From NCBI RefSeq assembly GCF_000372725.1, contig NW_005201327.1, positions 15,022 to 79,021 of the forward strand: DNA of 64,000 nucleotides, written 5' to 3'. The notes under the pieces were generated by a model. The model was not told where the DNA came from. It searched no databases and saw only the letters and a list, made by a program, of their open reading frames with translations. Each line of letters starts with the position of its first letter. The first letter of the stretch is position 1. Positions 35,062 to 46,150 of the stretch are shown in pieces. Position numbers and translations under genes: made by a program. The stretch comes from Emiliania huxleyi CCMP1516. Lineage: Eukaryota.

Positions 35062-35640
35062 AGCCTCTAAGAAAAAGCATTGAGCTGCTACGGACCGACA
35101 CGTACCCTGGGTTAACTGCGGCGGCGCACTTGGGCACTTGGAGTGCATTCATTGACCGCACAGCGACCTGCTCTGACGGTCGGCCGTCAGGAAACACGCC
35201 TGCGTGGATCGCGTCACACCAAACCTCGCTACCCAACGCGGCCAAGGATATCCACCTCGAGAACCTCGAGAGCACAACGAGAAAAAACTGTTCTCACCGA
35301 GGGCGAGGCGCGACCGGCCTCTCCTTCGCTGCTCTCATCAGGCGTCGACGGCCCGCACCCCCAGCCACAATGCTTCCGTTGACCCTTCTCGCCTCCACGG
35401 TCCACGCCAGCTCCTCCACCTGGCCGACCGTCGATTGCGGCTCGCTATTGAGGCCCACTGCCCACCTCGGCAGCGTGCACCTCGATCCTGTACCGTGTTT
35501 GTTATGACCCCCCCCAATGAACATACCAGTGAGGGAGGGCGAGACGATCGAGGGGTCCCGTACCATGCGGAATCGACCCAATCCAGTGCTCAAGTGCTCA
35601 TTGCTAAAAAAGAAAAAGATCGTGTGCGCTCCCTGGCTTC

Positions 35641-36535
35641 CTGGATTCCAACTTTTTGCGGGGTAAGGTATGGTAGGGTCGGCGCCAAAAGGGTGGGGGG
35701 GTATGGTCCTGGCCGCCGGAGGCGGCCTGCTCGACGGGTGGGGGGGTATGGTCAATCGCTGGAGCGGCCACGTTACAACAGGGTTCGAACCCAGTACACA
35801 GCCGCCGTACACAGCCGCGGACACGATGCCGACTCACAGCGGCCGCTTCGATACTGTCGCGGGCCTTCTCGCCGCGACGCCGCCTCAACTTCGGCTCCTG
35901 GACAGCTCGCTGCCCGACGACGCCGAGCGCGCCGCTGTGCGCAGCTGCTGCGCTGGTACGCTTGCGTCTTGCATCGCACAGCTCGACGCTGCGATTGCAC
36001 CGCATGCCGTCCGCATGATGGACGGGAGGCTTCCGACAAGCGACGCTTTCCGTGGCGACGACCACGATCTCAGCAAGCTGAAGGCGCTCAAAACTGTCGC
36101 CACGATGGTCCTGCAGGACGGACCGTGCTCTATCGCGAGGCCTGCGCGAGTCTCGTCCACGCGCGCTCCACCTTCTTCTCGGACCTCAACGCGGCGCTCG
36201 ATGCCGATGTCTTTGATTCTGCCTTTCGATTCAAATCGCCGTCGTGGCTCGCGAAGCGCGCGGGGCATGAGCTGTTGGCGTGCGTACCGCTCGTGCGCGT
36301 GCCTTTGGCCAGCTATGGCGCGGAGGGCGGCGTGCGATGGCGGAGGCGGAGGTGGCGCCAGCGGAGGCGGCGGAGGCGGAGGCCGTTCCAGCGGAGGTGA
36401 CCATGGTTCCAGCGGAGGTGACCATGGCGGAGGCGGCGCCGGCGGAGACCGCGCCCGCGCCCGCGCCCGAGGTGACCATGGCGGAGGCGGCGCCGGCGGA
36501 GACCGCGCCCGCGCCCGCGCCCGCGCTCGCACCGG

Positions 36536-36566
<31 letters not shown>

Positions 36567-36840
36567 GGCACGCAAGGCCCTGGCGGCCTTTGCGGACATG
36601 CTCTGAGGGGTGAGCACGATTGCCGGCGGGTCACCTCGCGCAGACTGCATCGCGCGAACACGTGCCGCACGACCGGACGGCCTAACACGACGGTTACTGT
36701 GCGCTCGTGTGGTGGGGTGGGGGGTGGGGGGGTATGGTCCTGCTGGCCAGAGGCGACGTCCTGTGCGGGTGGGGGGGTATGGTCGCGGCGCCAGGGCGCC
36801 GACCCTACCATACCATACCCCGCAAAAAGTCCGAACCCTG
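35641..36840. mobile_element. hAT-like non-autonomous TIR element carrying a captured gene fragment
   Basis: 36-bp inverted repeat with one mismatch (35651-35686 / 36795-36830), extendable to a CAGGG-type terminus. Subterminal GGGTGGGGGGGTATGGTC repeats; degenerate 8-bp flanks CTGGCTTC / CTTGCGCC; internal 57-bp tandem repeat. Confidence 0.7.
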
Positions 36841-37880
36841 CTTGCGCCTTGCGTTGCGGCGCGTAGAGTGCCGGGGGCTACGGCCGGTTGCTCGAATCAC
36901 CATTCGCCGTCCGCTCAAGCACGTCCGCACCTACGACACCGGCGAGGCTGGGGAGGACAGCTGCACGCTCGTCACACAGTGCAGCATCGATCGGCTGGGC
37001 CGCCTCATCACTCAGGCAGCTCACTGGCGCGGCGCAGTCGCCGCCGCCGTCGTCGCCTACGATGGCGCCACGGGAGAGCATGTCGCAGTGCGCGAGGCGA
37101 GGCGGCGCATCGAGGCGGCAGTGGCCGAGATTGGCGCGTGCGGGGTCGGGGTCGGGTTGCCTGTGCGACGCACGATCGCCCTCTACGAGGACGGTGGCCT
37201 CGGCCTCTATCCAATCAACGCGGCACGAAACGCTGCGCTCCGGCTCGCCACCACCGAGCTCGTCCTGCTCCTCGACGTCGACTTTCTGCCGTCTACTGGC
37301 CTGCACTCTACCGTCGCGGGGAGCGCGGCCGAGCTGCGCCGCCGGTGCGTGGAGGAGCGACGGCTGCTGGTCCTGCCAGCCTTTGAGAGCTGCGCAGACG
37401 CCTGTGAGGCCGCGGCACTCGCAGCCGGGGGCAAGCCGGCGCTGGCGGCGGCGGTCGTGGCCGGCCACGCCCGAACTTTCGCGAGCGACGGCCGCTGCGG
37501 CGACACCTTCCCCCAGGGCCACCGCGCGACCGACTCGAAGCGGTGGCTCGCGACAGACGGTGCCTACTCGGTCGAGCACGAGGAGGGGTTCGAGCCGTTC
37601 GTCGTTGCCTCGCGCCGGCTGGTGCCGCCGTACGACGAGCGCTTCACCGGCTTTGGCAGAAACAAGATCCTCCAGCTCTGGGAGGCGGCGCGGCTCTGCG
37701 GCTTCACCTTTGAAGTCGTGCCGTCGCACTTCGTCGTTCACGCGCGCCACGCGGCCTCGCACGCGCAGCGGGCCGTGCTCGGCGACCCGGCGGCAGCGGA
37801 GCCCGGCCCTCGGCTGCTGCCGAGCATCAAGGCGCTGTACGACCGCGCGAGGCTCGAGAGGCTTCGCGCGGCGTGTGGCA

Positions 37881-37932
<52 letters not shown>

Positions 37933-40411
37933 GGCAGTCGAGCCGATGGGCTGCTTTGATGTCGGGGCGGCGCTCGCGAGCGACACGAGCGAGGCGGAGG
38001 CGCTCGCCATGTACGAGCTGCGCTTCCGATTCGGCGAGGCGAGGCTCGTCGCGGCGCGCGGCGCGGGCGGCGACGGGTCGTGGCTTCGCAGCCGTCTTCG
38101 GCGCGCGCCGACCGACATCACGCTCGTGACTTGCCTGACGGATGACCGGATAGAGAGGCTCGCCGCGCAGTGCTCGCTGTGGAGCGGCGTCGTGTCCGCC
38201 GCGGTGCTCCTGCCGAGGCGGCCCGCCGCCGCGTGGCGCGCCCGGGCGCGCCTCTCCTCGCTCCACGCCAAGCTCGAGCGAGAGGGGAGCGGCTGCCGAC
38301 TCGACCTCACCCTGCTGAGGCCGGCTCGCCGGGGCAGCTCGTGCGGCGGCAGCTCGTGCGGCGCCGCGCCGCTGGTGCCGATCAACGCGCTTCGGAACGC
38401 GGCACTCGAAGCGGCGCGCACCGACCTCGTCCTCCTGCTCGACGTCGACTTGCTGCCGAGCAAAGGGCTGCACGAGCGGCTCTGCGCGGCCCGGCTCCGC
38501 CGCGCCCTCGCTGCTAGCTGCGAGGCGGGAGAGGTGTGGGTGCTGCCAGCCGTCGAGATGTCCTCGACGGGCGCGCGCCAGGCTATCAGCCTCGATTGGG
38601 AGGCCAAGGAGGCGCAGGCCGAGGTGGCGACGGGGGCGGAGCAGGCGCAGCATGCGACGGGGGCGGAGCAGTTGCAGCAGGCGACGGGGGCGGAGCCGAT
38701 GGAGGAGCAGGACGAGGAAGAGGACGAGGACGAGGACGAGGCGGAGGCGATCAGACGTTCCGTGTCGATCGCTTGCCTTCCGCTTGCCGCCGTAGCTCAG
38801 CGCGTGCGCTCGGGCGCGCTGCGCAGCTTCCACTCTCTGCACTATGAGCAGGGCCACGGCGCGACTGACTTGTCTCGCTGGGCCGACGAGGTGGCCTCCG
38901 CTGGCGACGCCGGCGACGGGTCGAGTGCCGACAGCGGCGAATGCACCGACGGAGGCGGCGATGGCGGAGACGGCGAGAGCATTGGGTACGCGGTTGAGTT
39001 TGAGGAGGGCTACGAGCCGTTCGTGCTCGCTTCGCGCCGCCGCCTGCCTCGCTACGAGGAGCGGTTCCGAGGGTACGGCTTCGACAAGGTCTTCTTCTTC
39101 CTCCAGCTGCACGAGCAGCAGCGGCCACGCTTCCGCGTCCTCCCCTGCGGCCTCGCCGTTGACGTGCCGCACCGCCGCTCTCCCGACTGGCACGCCACAT
39201 TCCGCGCCGCCGATTCGCGAGGTCACCGCCTCCAGCTCCTTCGCACGCGGGCGCTCTACTCGCGCTGCAAGCGCGAGCTTGCGTTGCAGCGGCAGTTTGC
39301 GGCCGTGCTCGCCGCCTCGGACGACGCTGCCGCGATTGCGTGCTTGCGGGCCGTCGACGCACGCGAGTCGCTCTCGCTGGGGGGAGCTGGCGCCGCTTTT
39401 GCCGCCGCGCAGCTTCCTCCTACCGCCTCCGCCGCGCTGTCTGTGCAGACGCTATGCTGGCGAGGTGAGCTGGTCGCGGAGGCAGCGGCGCCGCTCGACG
39501 CGCGGCTGCGCCTCGCCGCGCTGCTCTGCACTTCGGCGACGGCGACCGGCTTGCCCCCGACGCCGGCACTGGCGGTCGCGGTGGCGGTCGAGGTGGGCGC
39601 TTCGCCCCCTCGCGCCGCTGTCGCAGAGGGTGTTCCCCCGCCTTTGCTCTGGGGCGGCGGGGGCGGCTGGCGCCTCCTCACCACTCGCGGCATGCGCAAC
39701 TGCGCTGTCGTGTATGGGCCGTCCCTCCCCAAGGCGGGGCCGACCCAGCCCGGGACGGAGGCGGCGGCGATGGCAGCGGCGGCAGGAGCGGCTCCCTGCT
39801 CAGTGGCCCCAGCGGAGCGGCTGCGCGTCGCCCTGCCACGCGGCAGCTGGTCCCCATTTGCGACCCTCGCGTCCGGCCTCGAGGTTGGGGGGGTGGCGGT
39901 GCGCGCGCACGCACGGCTCCCTCCGGGGACGGACGCCGCAGCCCTCTCCGCCGTGAGCTACGCCCTCCGCTTTCCCAGCGGCTTCGAGTGGGCCCTCGGG
40001 GGGACTCTGCCGGGCGTCTTCCTCGACAGCGGCCTGCGCCTCTCCCTCGGGTGGCGCGCCGCCGGTTGCGGGCACGTCAGCTTCACGAGCCCTCGCGGCG
40101 GCGACGCTGGCGCCGTGACGCGGCTGGGCACTTGGCATTGGGTGCCGGATCGGTGGCACTTTGTGGTGATTAGTCGGTCGGCCGCAGTCCCCAGCGGTGC
40201 GGATCGGCGGTTCGCGGTCTACGTCGACGAGCAGCCCGTTGCGGTCGTCGATCCGCCACAGAGTGGCCCGCTCATCGGCGCTGTCGTGGCGAGCCCGCCG
40301 GAGCCGCTCGGCTTGCTGCTCACCCTCTTCTTTGGCGGCGCGACGGACGAGTGGGCAACGCCGCGCGACACGCACGTCGAGGTGGGAGGGTTTACGTGTT
40401 GGAAGACATGA
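36841..40411 (+). CDS. Tandem GT49 (LARGE-like) x2 + C-terminal PL14-like domain; 5' end abuts a transposon
   Basis: Two sets of TLVT..DR, PINA.RN, LLLDVD.LPS, GH.ATD, EPFV, Y.ERF.G.G.(N/D)K. C-terminal SYALRFPSGFEWALGGTLPG..GWR..FFGGATDEWATP. Confidence 0.8.
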
Positions 40412-41542
40412 GTCGCGGGTCTGGTCGTGGTGTGAGAGTTTCTGCAACACCACGATCGCGTGGGCCGTGGCGCTGGGGCCCGGGCGCTGTTTCTCTAAGT
40501 GTTTCTCTACTTCACAAGGAGGAGAGCGGCCCGGGGAGGCGGAAGTCTCTGGGCCGGCACGGGGCCCCCCGGAGGCACCGTGCGCCGCGCGCCGCAGTCG
40601 AGTGCGGAAACGGGGCTCCGGCTCTATTAGTCTCTATTAGCACCGACTTCCCGATTAAGCTAGGTTAATCAGAGGGCAGATTTGGAAAGATTTCGAGGAG
40701 TACATACAGATAGACCCTCCAACCATCAGAAAACTCCGACCTGATCGGTCGTACTGACCGCCGACAGATCACTCCAGACAGCAGACAGGGGCCGACGTGT
40801 GCACGCGGCCGGCCGGGCGAGAGGCTTGACACGATCCGACCCTGCGACCCTGACGCTGCTGCTCTAGCTATCAGACATGCACTGCTGACTGCTGCCACAA
40901 TGTGCGACCTGTGCTGGCCCACTTGGCGGCCTTCCCGGTCAGTGGTGAGGCGCAGTTCAGAGCTGTCGATGGCGCGATGCCGCACTGGTCCCACATTGGT
41001 GACACGAGACCACCACGTTTGCCGGTCCAAGAGAGAGGCACCGGCGCTGTCCTGAGAAGGTGCGTGGTCCCTCTTGACTGCCCATGCGCGCGAGGCTGTG
41101 TAGGCATAGCCTCGAGAGTGCCAGCAGCCAATCCGAGGTGACGCGCATTGCGCCAGAAGCGTGCACACGATGGAAGGACACCTTCCTACTGGCCGTACGA
41201 TCAGGTCGTCACTGAATGCTTGATACTAAGGCCGCGAGCTATGCAGGTGATCAATTGTGCATCATGGCACGGTCAGCTGCGCCGACAGGCTGTCGCAAGG
41301 CGTGATAGCATGGCCGCAAGTACGCCGAATTCCCATGAAAACAAGTAAAAAATCGCCAAAAAGAAAAAATCCCGAAAAATCGGCGCCTGCGGCGGGCCAT
41401 GGGACCCCATCTCCCCCCCGCATGGACACCCTCTGGGCCCCCCGCGCCGGCCCAGAGGCGGAGGTAAAGTCAGTGTAGTGTCTGTCAGTAGACTGTCGCA
41501 TATGCGGATTCACAAGAGAAAGAAAAAGAAGTTTTAAACCAC

Positions 41543-42135
41543 GCTCCTCTGCTGCTCACACGCTCTGCACAGATGGCACAGCCCCCACTGCGGCTGCCAC
41601 AGCTGTGACAGCGATGGGTTCGCCCTCACTGGCCCTCAGTCACTTGTGCTGCGGCTTGTGTGAGCGATACTGCTCGGCGACTGTCGGCACACTGTGAGAC
41701 CATGGGTGGGAGGAGGTAAAACCACGGTACCAGCGCTTGGTCACATCGGCCCTGAGGTCAGATCTTTCTATTACTCTGTTGATGACAAGACTTGTCTACT
41801 GGCTGGAGCCGAAGTCCAACGCGCTCGTCGGTGACGGTGTCCTCCAACCTGCGCCGCGCTCGGCGAACCTCGACAGCGCTTTCGGTGGCATGCAGCTCCT
41901 TGCGACAGAAGCCTGGAGAGCAGCTCCTCTGCTGCTCACACGCTCTGCACAGTTGGCACAGCCTACTGTGCGGCTGCCATAGCTGTCACACCGATGGGCT
42001 CGCCCTCACTGGCCCTCAGTGTGAGACCATGGGTGTGAGGTAAAACCACGCTACCAGCGCTTGGCCACATCAGCCCTGAGGTCATATCCCCTTCTCCTCT
42101 GTTGATGGTAACACTTGTCTACTCGCTGGAGCCGA
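41543..42135. repeat. Imperfect direct duplication (41543-41815 and 41922-42135)
   Basis: CTCTGCTGCTCACACGCTCTGCACAG...CTTGTCTACT..CTGGAGCCGA occurs twice. Confidence 0.85.
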
Positions 42136-43097
42136 GCAGGAGGGCAAGGGCGCACAACCCCTGTTCAACTCAGGGTCCTTCCCCTTTACCAGGGGAGGCC
42201 TGCGCAGCCTCTAACTATATTCTATATGATCTCACATGTTCATGTTACTCAAGGTGTGTTGTAAACTCTGAACCATACTCATGCGTCGCCACGCCCGCGC
42301 ACGCCCGCGGTGGGTACCGCCGCCGGCGCATCCTCGATCGCGACGAGGTCCGGGGCTGCCGCCGCCTTCGGGGGCGGGGAAGGACGGGGGCGGGGGTGGG
42401 GAGTGGGACCTATGAGTACTACTCCATCTCGAGACGAGTTGGGCCGGGGGGGCGGGGGAAGGGGCGGGGGAAGGGGTGGGGGGGGCGCCTCGCTGGCCGC
42501 CTCGAGAAGCCCGGACGTTCCCTCGTCCTCCATGCGGCCAAAGGGATTCGCTCCCCCGAAGCCAAGCATCTTNNNNNNNNNNNNNNNNNNNNNNNNNNNN
42601 NNNNNNNNNNNNNNNNNNNNNNNNNNNNNNNNNNNNNNNNNNNNNNNNNNNNNNNNNNNNNNNNNNNNNNNNNNNNNNNNNNNNNNNNNNNNNNNNNNNN
42701 NNNNNNNNNNNNNNNNNNNNNNNNNNNNNNNNNNNNNNNNNNNNNNNNNNNNNNNNNNNNNNNNNNNNNNNNNNNNNNNNNNNNNNNNNNNNNNNNNNNN
42801 NNNNNNNNNNNNNNNNNNNNNNNNNNNNNNNNNNNNNNNNNNNNNNNNNNNNNNNNNNNNNNNNNNNNNNNNNNNNNNNNNNNNNNNNNNNNNNNNNNNN
42901 NNNNNNNNNNNNNNNNNNNNNNNNNNNNNNNNNNNNNNNNNNNNNNNNNNNNNNNNNNNNNNNNNNNNNNNNNNNNNNNNNNNNNNNNNNNNNNNNNNNN
43001 NNNNNNNNNNNNNNNNNNNNNNNNNNNNNNNNNNNNNNNNNNNNNNNNNNNNNNNNNNNNNNNNNNNNNNNNNNNNNNNNNNNNNNNNNNNNNNNNN

Positions 43098-43230
43098 TAT
43101 CGGCCGTCATGTTGTTCTTGCCGTGCGGGCAAGAAAGCTGCTGCGGGAGCCGAGAATCGTCCGCAGGGTGAACCGGGCAGCTGGCGGGGTCATGATCGGC
43201 TCGGACGTGGCGGTGGCCGTCAGCCGTTAA
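43098..43230 (+). other. Bacterial LysE-family translocator C-terminal fragment
   Basis: ..LAVRARKLLREPRIVRRVNRAAGGVMIG..VAVAVSR*, convergent with recN and overlapping its stop codon. Confidence 0.55.
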
Positions 43231-43530
43231 TCCTTGGCGGCAAGCAGGCGGACGGCAGCAGCCCTTTCCTCATCGGTCACCGAAGCGCCGGCAAGCATGC
43301 GGGCGATTTCTACCGTGCGGTGGTTTGGCTCCATCGTCGCCACGCGTGTGGCGATACGCTCGCTTCCGTCGCCGGAAGGACCCTTGGAAATGAGAAGACG
43401 CGTCGCCGCCCGCGCGGCCACCTGCGGCGCGTGGGTGACTGACAGAACCTGCACGGTTTTCGACAGACGGCGCAGCCGCTGGCCGATGGCATCCGCCACA
43501 GCCCCGCTGACGCCCTTTTTCGATTTGGTG
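43227..43530 (-). other. recN: Alphaproteobacterial RecN C-terminal fragment
   Basis: GVSGAVADAIGQRLRRLSKTVQVLSVTHAPQVAARA..EIARMLAGASVT..AAAVRLL. Confidence 0.88.
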
Positions 43531-43584
43531 GGGGGGGAGATGGCACGACGGCGGGCGCGGGTCCATGTGTCTGTTGCACACTTG

Positions 43585-43599
43585 GTGTGTGTGTGTGTG

Positions 43600-43656
<57 letters not shown>

Positions 43657-43667
43657 GTGTGTGTGTG

Positions 43668-43748
<81 letters not shown>
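43585..43748. repeat. (GT)n microsatellite (intronic)
   Basis: Directly visible. Confidence 0.97.
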
Positions 43749-43756
<8 letters not shown>

Positions 43757-43814
43757 GCGGTGGTGTGGAGGGGGTTGTGTGGGGGTGGGGTGGTCGGACT
43801 CTCCAGATCTCTCG

Positions 43815-45078
43815 CGCCTGGAGCTCGCTCAGCCTCGAGAGGGAGGGCGGGACGGTGCCGGAGAACGAGTTGTCGTCGAGCTCGAGCGTCTTCAGCCTGG
43901 GTGAGAACTGGGGGAGGCGTGGGGGAGATACGGGGAGATGCGGGGGAGATCTACAACTACTGGAAGCCCACCTCCCCAGCCGCGAGACCGAATCCATTAT
44001 CGTCCCCGACATGCGCGTGCTGTCGACCTGCAGCTCGGTTATGGTGCTTCCTACAACCCGAGGCAGAGGGAGGGGTGTGTTGTGTGTGTGTGTGTGGGGG
44101 GGTGCTGCTAGGGCGTGGATAGGGGTTCCAGATCTGGCAACGGATTGAGGTAGCGCTACTGCTGCTGCCCGAGAGAAGCGATGAGCTCTCGGCTGTATCT
44201 GCTCTCGGCCGCGTGTCTCGGCTAGATCTCGGCTGGATCTCGGCTAGATCTCGGCTGGATCTCGCCCATCTCGCTCGGGAGGGTGCCCGAGATGAGCAAG
44301 GGCGTTCTCCGGGAGCCGCCGATGTAGATCCTGTCGAGGCGAGGCAGCTCGAAGACGCTCGCGGGCAGCGTGCCGGAGAGTGAGCTGTACTTGGCCCGAA
44401 CCGCGATCAGCTCGCTCATCTTGCTGCCAAAGAGCTCGGGCGGCAGAGTGCCGGTGACGCCGAGGGTGCCTTTGAGGTCGAGGTACCTGCGTGGTGAGGA
44501 CACACCCAGCGTCGGGGCGGGAGGATGGTCTTGTGCAGTGCATTCAGAGCACCGTGTGGACACGAGGTACGCATACAGCCGAACCAGCGGAGCCGAGAGT
44601 GCTGGTTGGAATACATTGACACGTATTCCGCTTCTAGTTGGAGGTACTCGAGCGAGGTGAGCTGGCCGAGCTGGACTGGGAGAGTGCCCTTGAGCCTGCC
44701 GATGTGCCGCAGATCCAGCTCCGCGACCTCGTGTGTTGTTTTGTTGCACCTGCGTCGTTGGGAGAGAGCGGGCCAAACCTGTGCACGGGCACTCTACAGG
44801 CTCGCTTGGCGTAGGCGGGGGTACCTGACAAACTCCTTATTGCAGCAATCGATCGAAGGGTCGGGCCACTGCCATCCGACGTCGTACCCAACGAACCGTC
44901 CGTTCACTTCCTTTGTCCAGTCCTTCCCGTTCAGCGCCTTGTGCACGGCGGCGAGGACCCCGTTGCAGTCGAGAGTCGGCGCGAGCGCACGGTGCGCCCT
45001 CGCCGGAGCCGCCAACGGTGATGCGGCGGCGACGACGGCCGGATTGCCCGACGCTGCCGCGAGCAGCACAACGAGCAT
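43815..45078 (-). CDS. Secreted plant-type LRR protein, multi-exon, 3' end not visible
   Basis: Signal peptide MLVVLLAAA; LRRNT-like W..DCC; LDLRHIGRLKGTLPVQLGQLTSLEYL, SLSGTLPASVFELPRL, LELDDNSFSGTVPPSLSRLSELQ. Confidence 0.75.
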
Positions 45079-45132
45079 TTCGACCCAACCTGGAATGCTC
45101 CTCGGCGCTCTCCGACGGCTAACCTCGGAGTA

Positions 45133-46150
45133 CAGTATAGCCGGTTGCGGCACCTTCAGAAAAATCGATTCGAAAAAAATCGTCTCGTCTCGTATAGGGT
45201 CGCGTCTCGTCTCGTATCGTCTCGTATCGTCGTCTCGTTTTCTCGATGTCCGACTGGGCTCCCCACCGGCGGCGGGCTTGAAGACACTGAGCCGAGCGCG
45301 CCGGCGGCGGACCGCCGCCGGCGCGCTCGCTTCGGCGGATGGCTGAGCGGCACAGTTTCTGGCCGCCCGGCCTGCGAGCAGTTGCCGCGAGACGATCGAA
45401 GGCGCTCAGTTCAAGCGCGCCGCCATGCCAGATCTCGCCCCACGCCCCGACCAGACCGGGCAGTGCGTGCAGGAATGATGCAGGCATGATGGGCGGGTGT
45501 GGTGAGCACGCCAGCGGCACCGCTGCGCACTCTCAGGGTCGCAGCCGCCTATCTCGTGAGGGGCGTGGCTCGGGGCGGGTGCGAGAGAGTCGAGGAGCGC
45601 GGCGCGCGTGCGCGCGCGTGGTAAAGTCGGTTTATATTTCATCACTGGTATAAAAGAGACCCAAAACGGCACTCGCGCCGCGCCCACGCGCGCTCGTATC
45701 ACCTCAACACTCACACAGCACGCTTGAATGAAGCCCCCAGGGGCGAGCCGGACCGGCTGTGGAGCTACTTGGAGGAGACGGTTCTCTTCGCAGATCCATG
45801 AGGAGCTGTGAGGAGGCACATTTCCGGCTAGTTTCGGCTCCGGACTGTGCTGGACTCACGTGGAACCGCCGGCGGGGCGAGAGCCAGCAGCGCAAACCGC
45901 GCCTCCGGTGCTCCGCTGCGATGACGAGCTGGCGCCAGCCACGCGCGGCCTGGCCAGGTCGGCAGGATTTTGTCCGAGTGTCTGGCGTCTCACGTCTCTC
46001 GCGAGGAAGGCGCACCGAGGCGTCACGAGACGATCCGACCGAGACGAGACGATCCGATACGAGACGATACGAGACGAGCGATCCGATACGATACCAGACC
46101 GGAAATTTGGATTTTTGTTTTTTCGCAAGGTGCCGCAACCGGCTCTACTG
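45133..46150. mobile_element. Non-autonomous TIR DNA transposon with subterminal TCGTC/TCGTA arrays
   Basis: 24-bp TIR CAGTA(T/G)AGCCGGTTGCGGCACCTT at 45133-45156 and 46127-46150; inverted pentamer arrays at 45180-45238 and 46025-46092. Confidence 0.8.
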
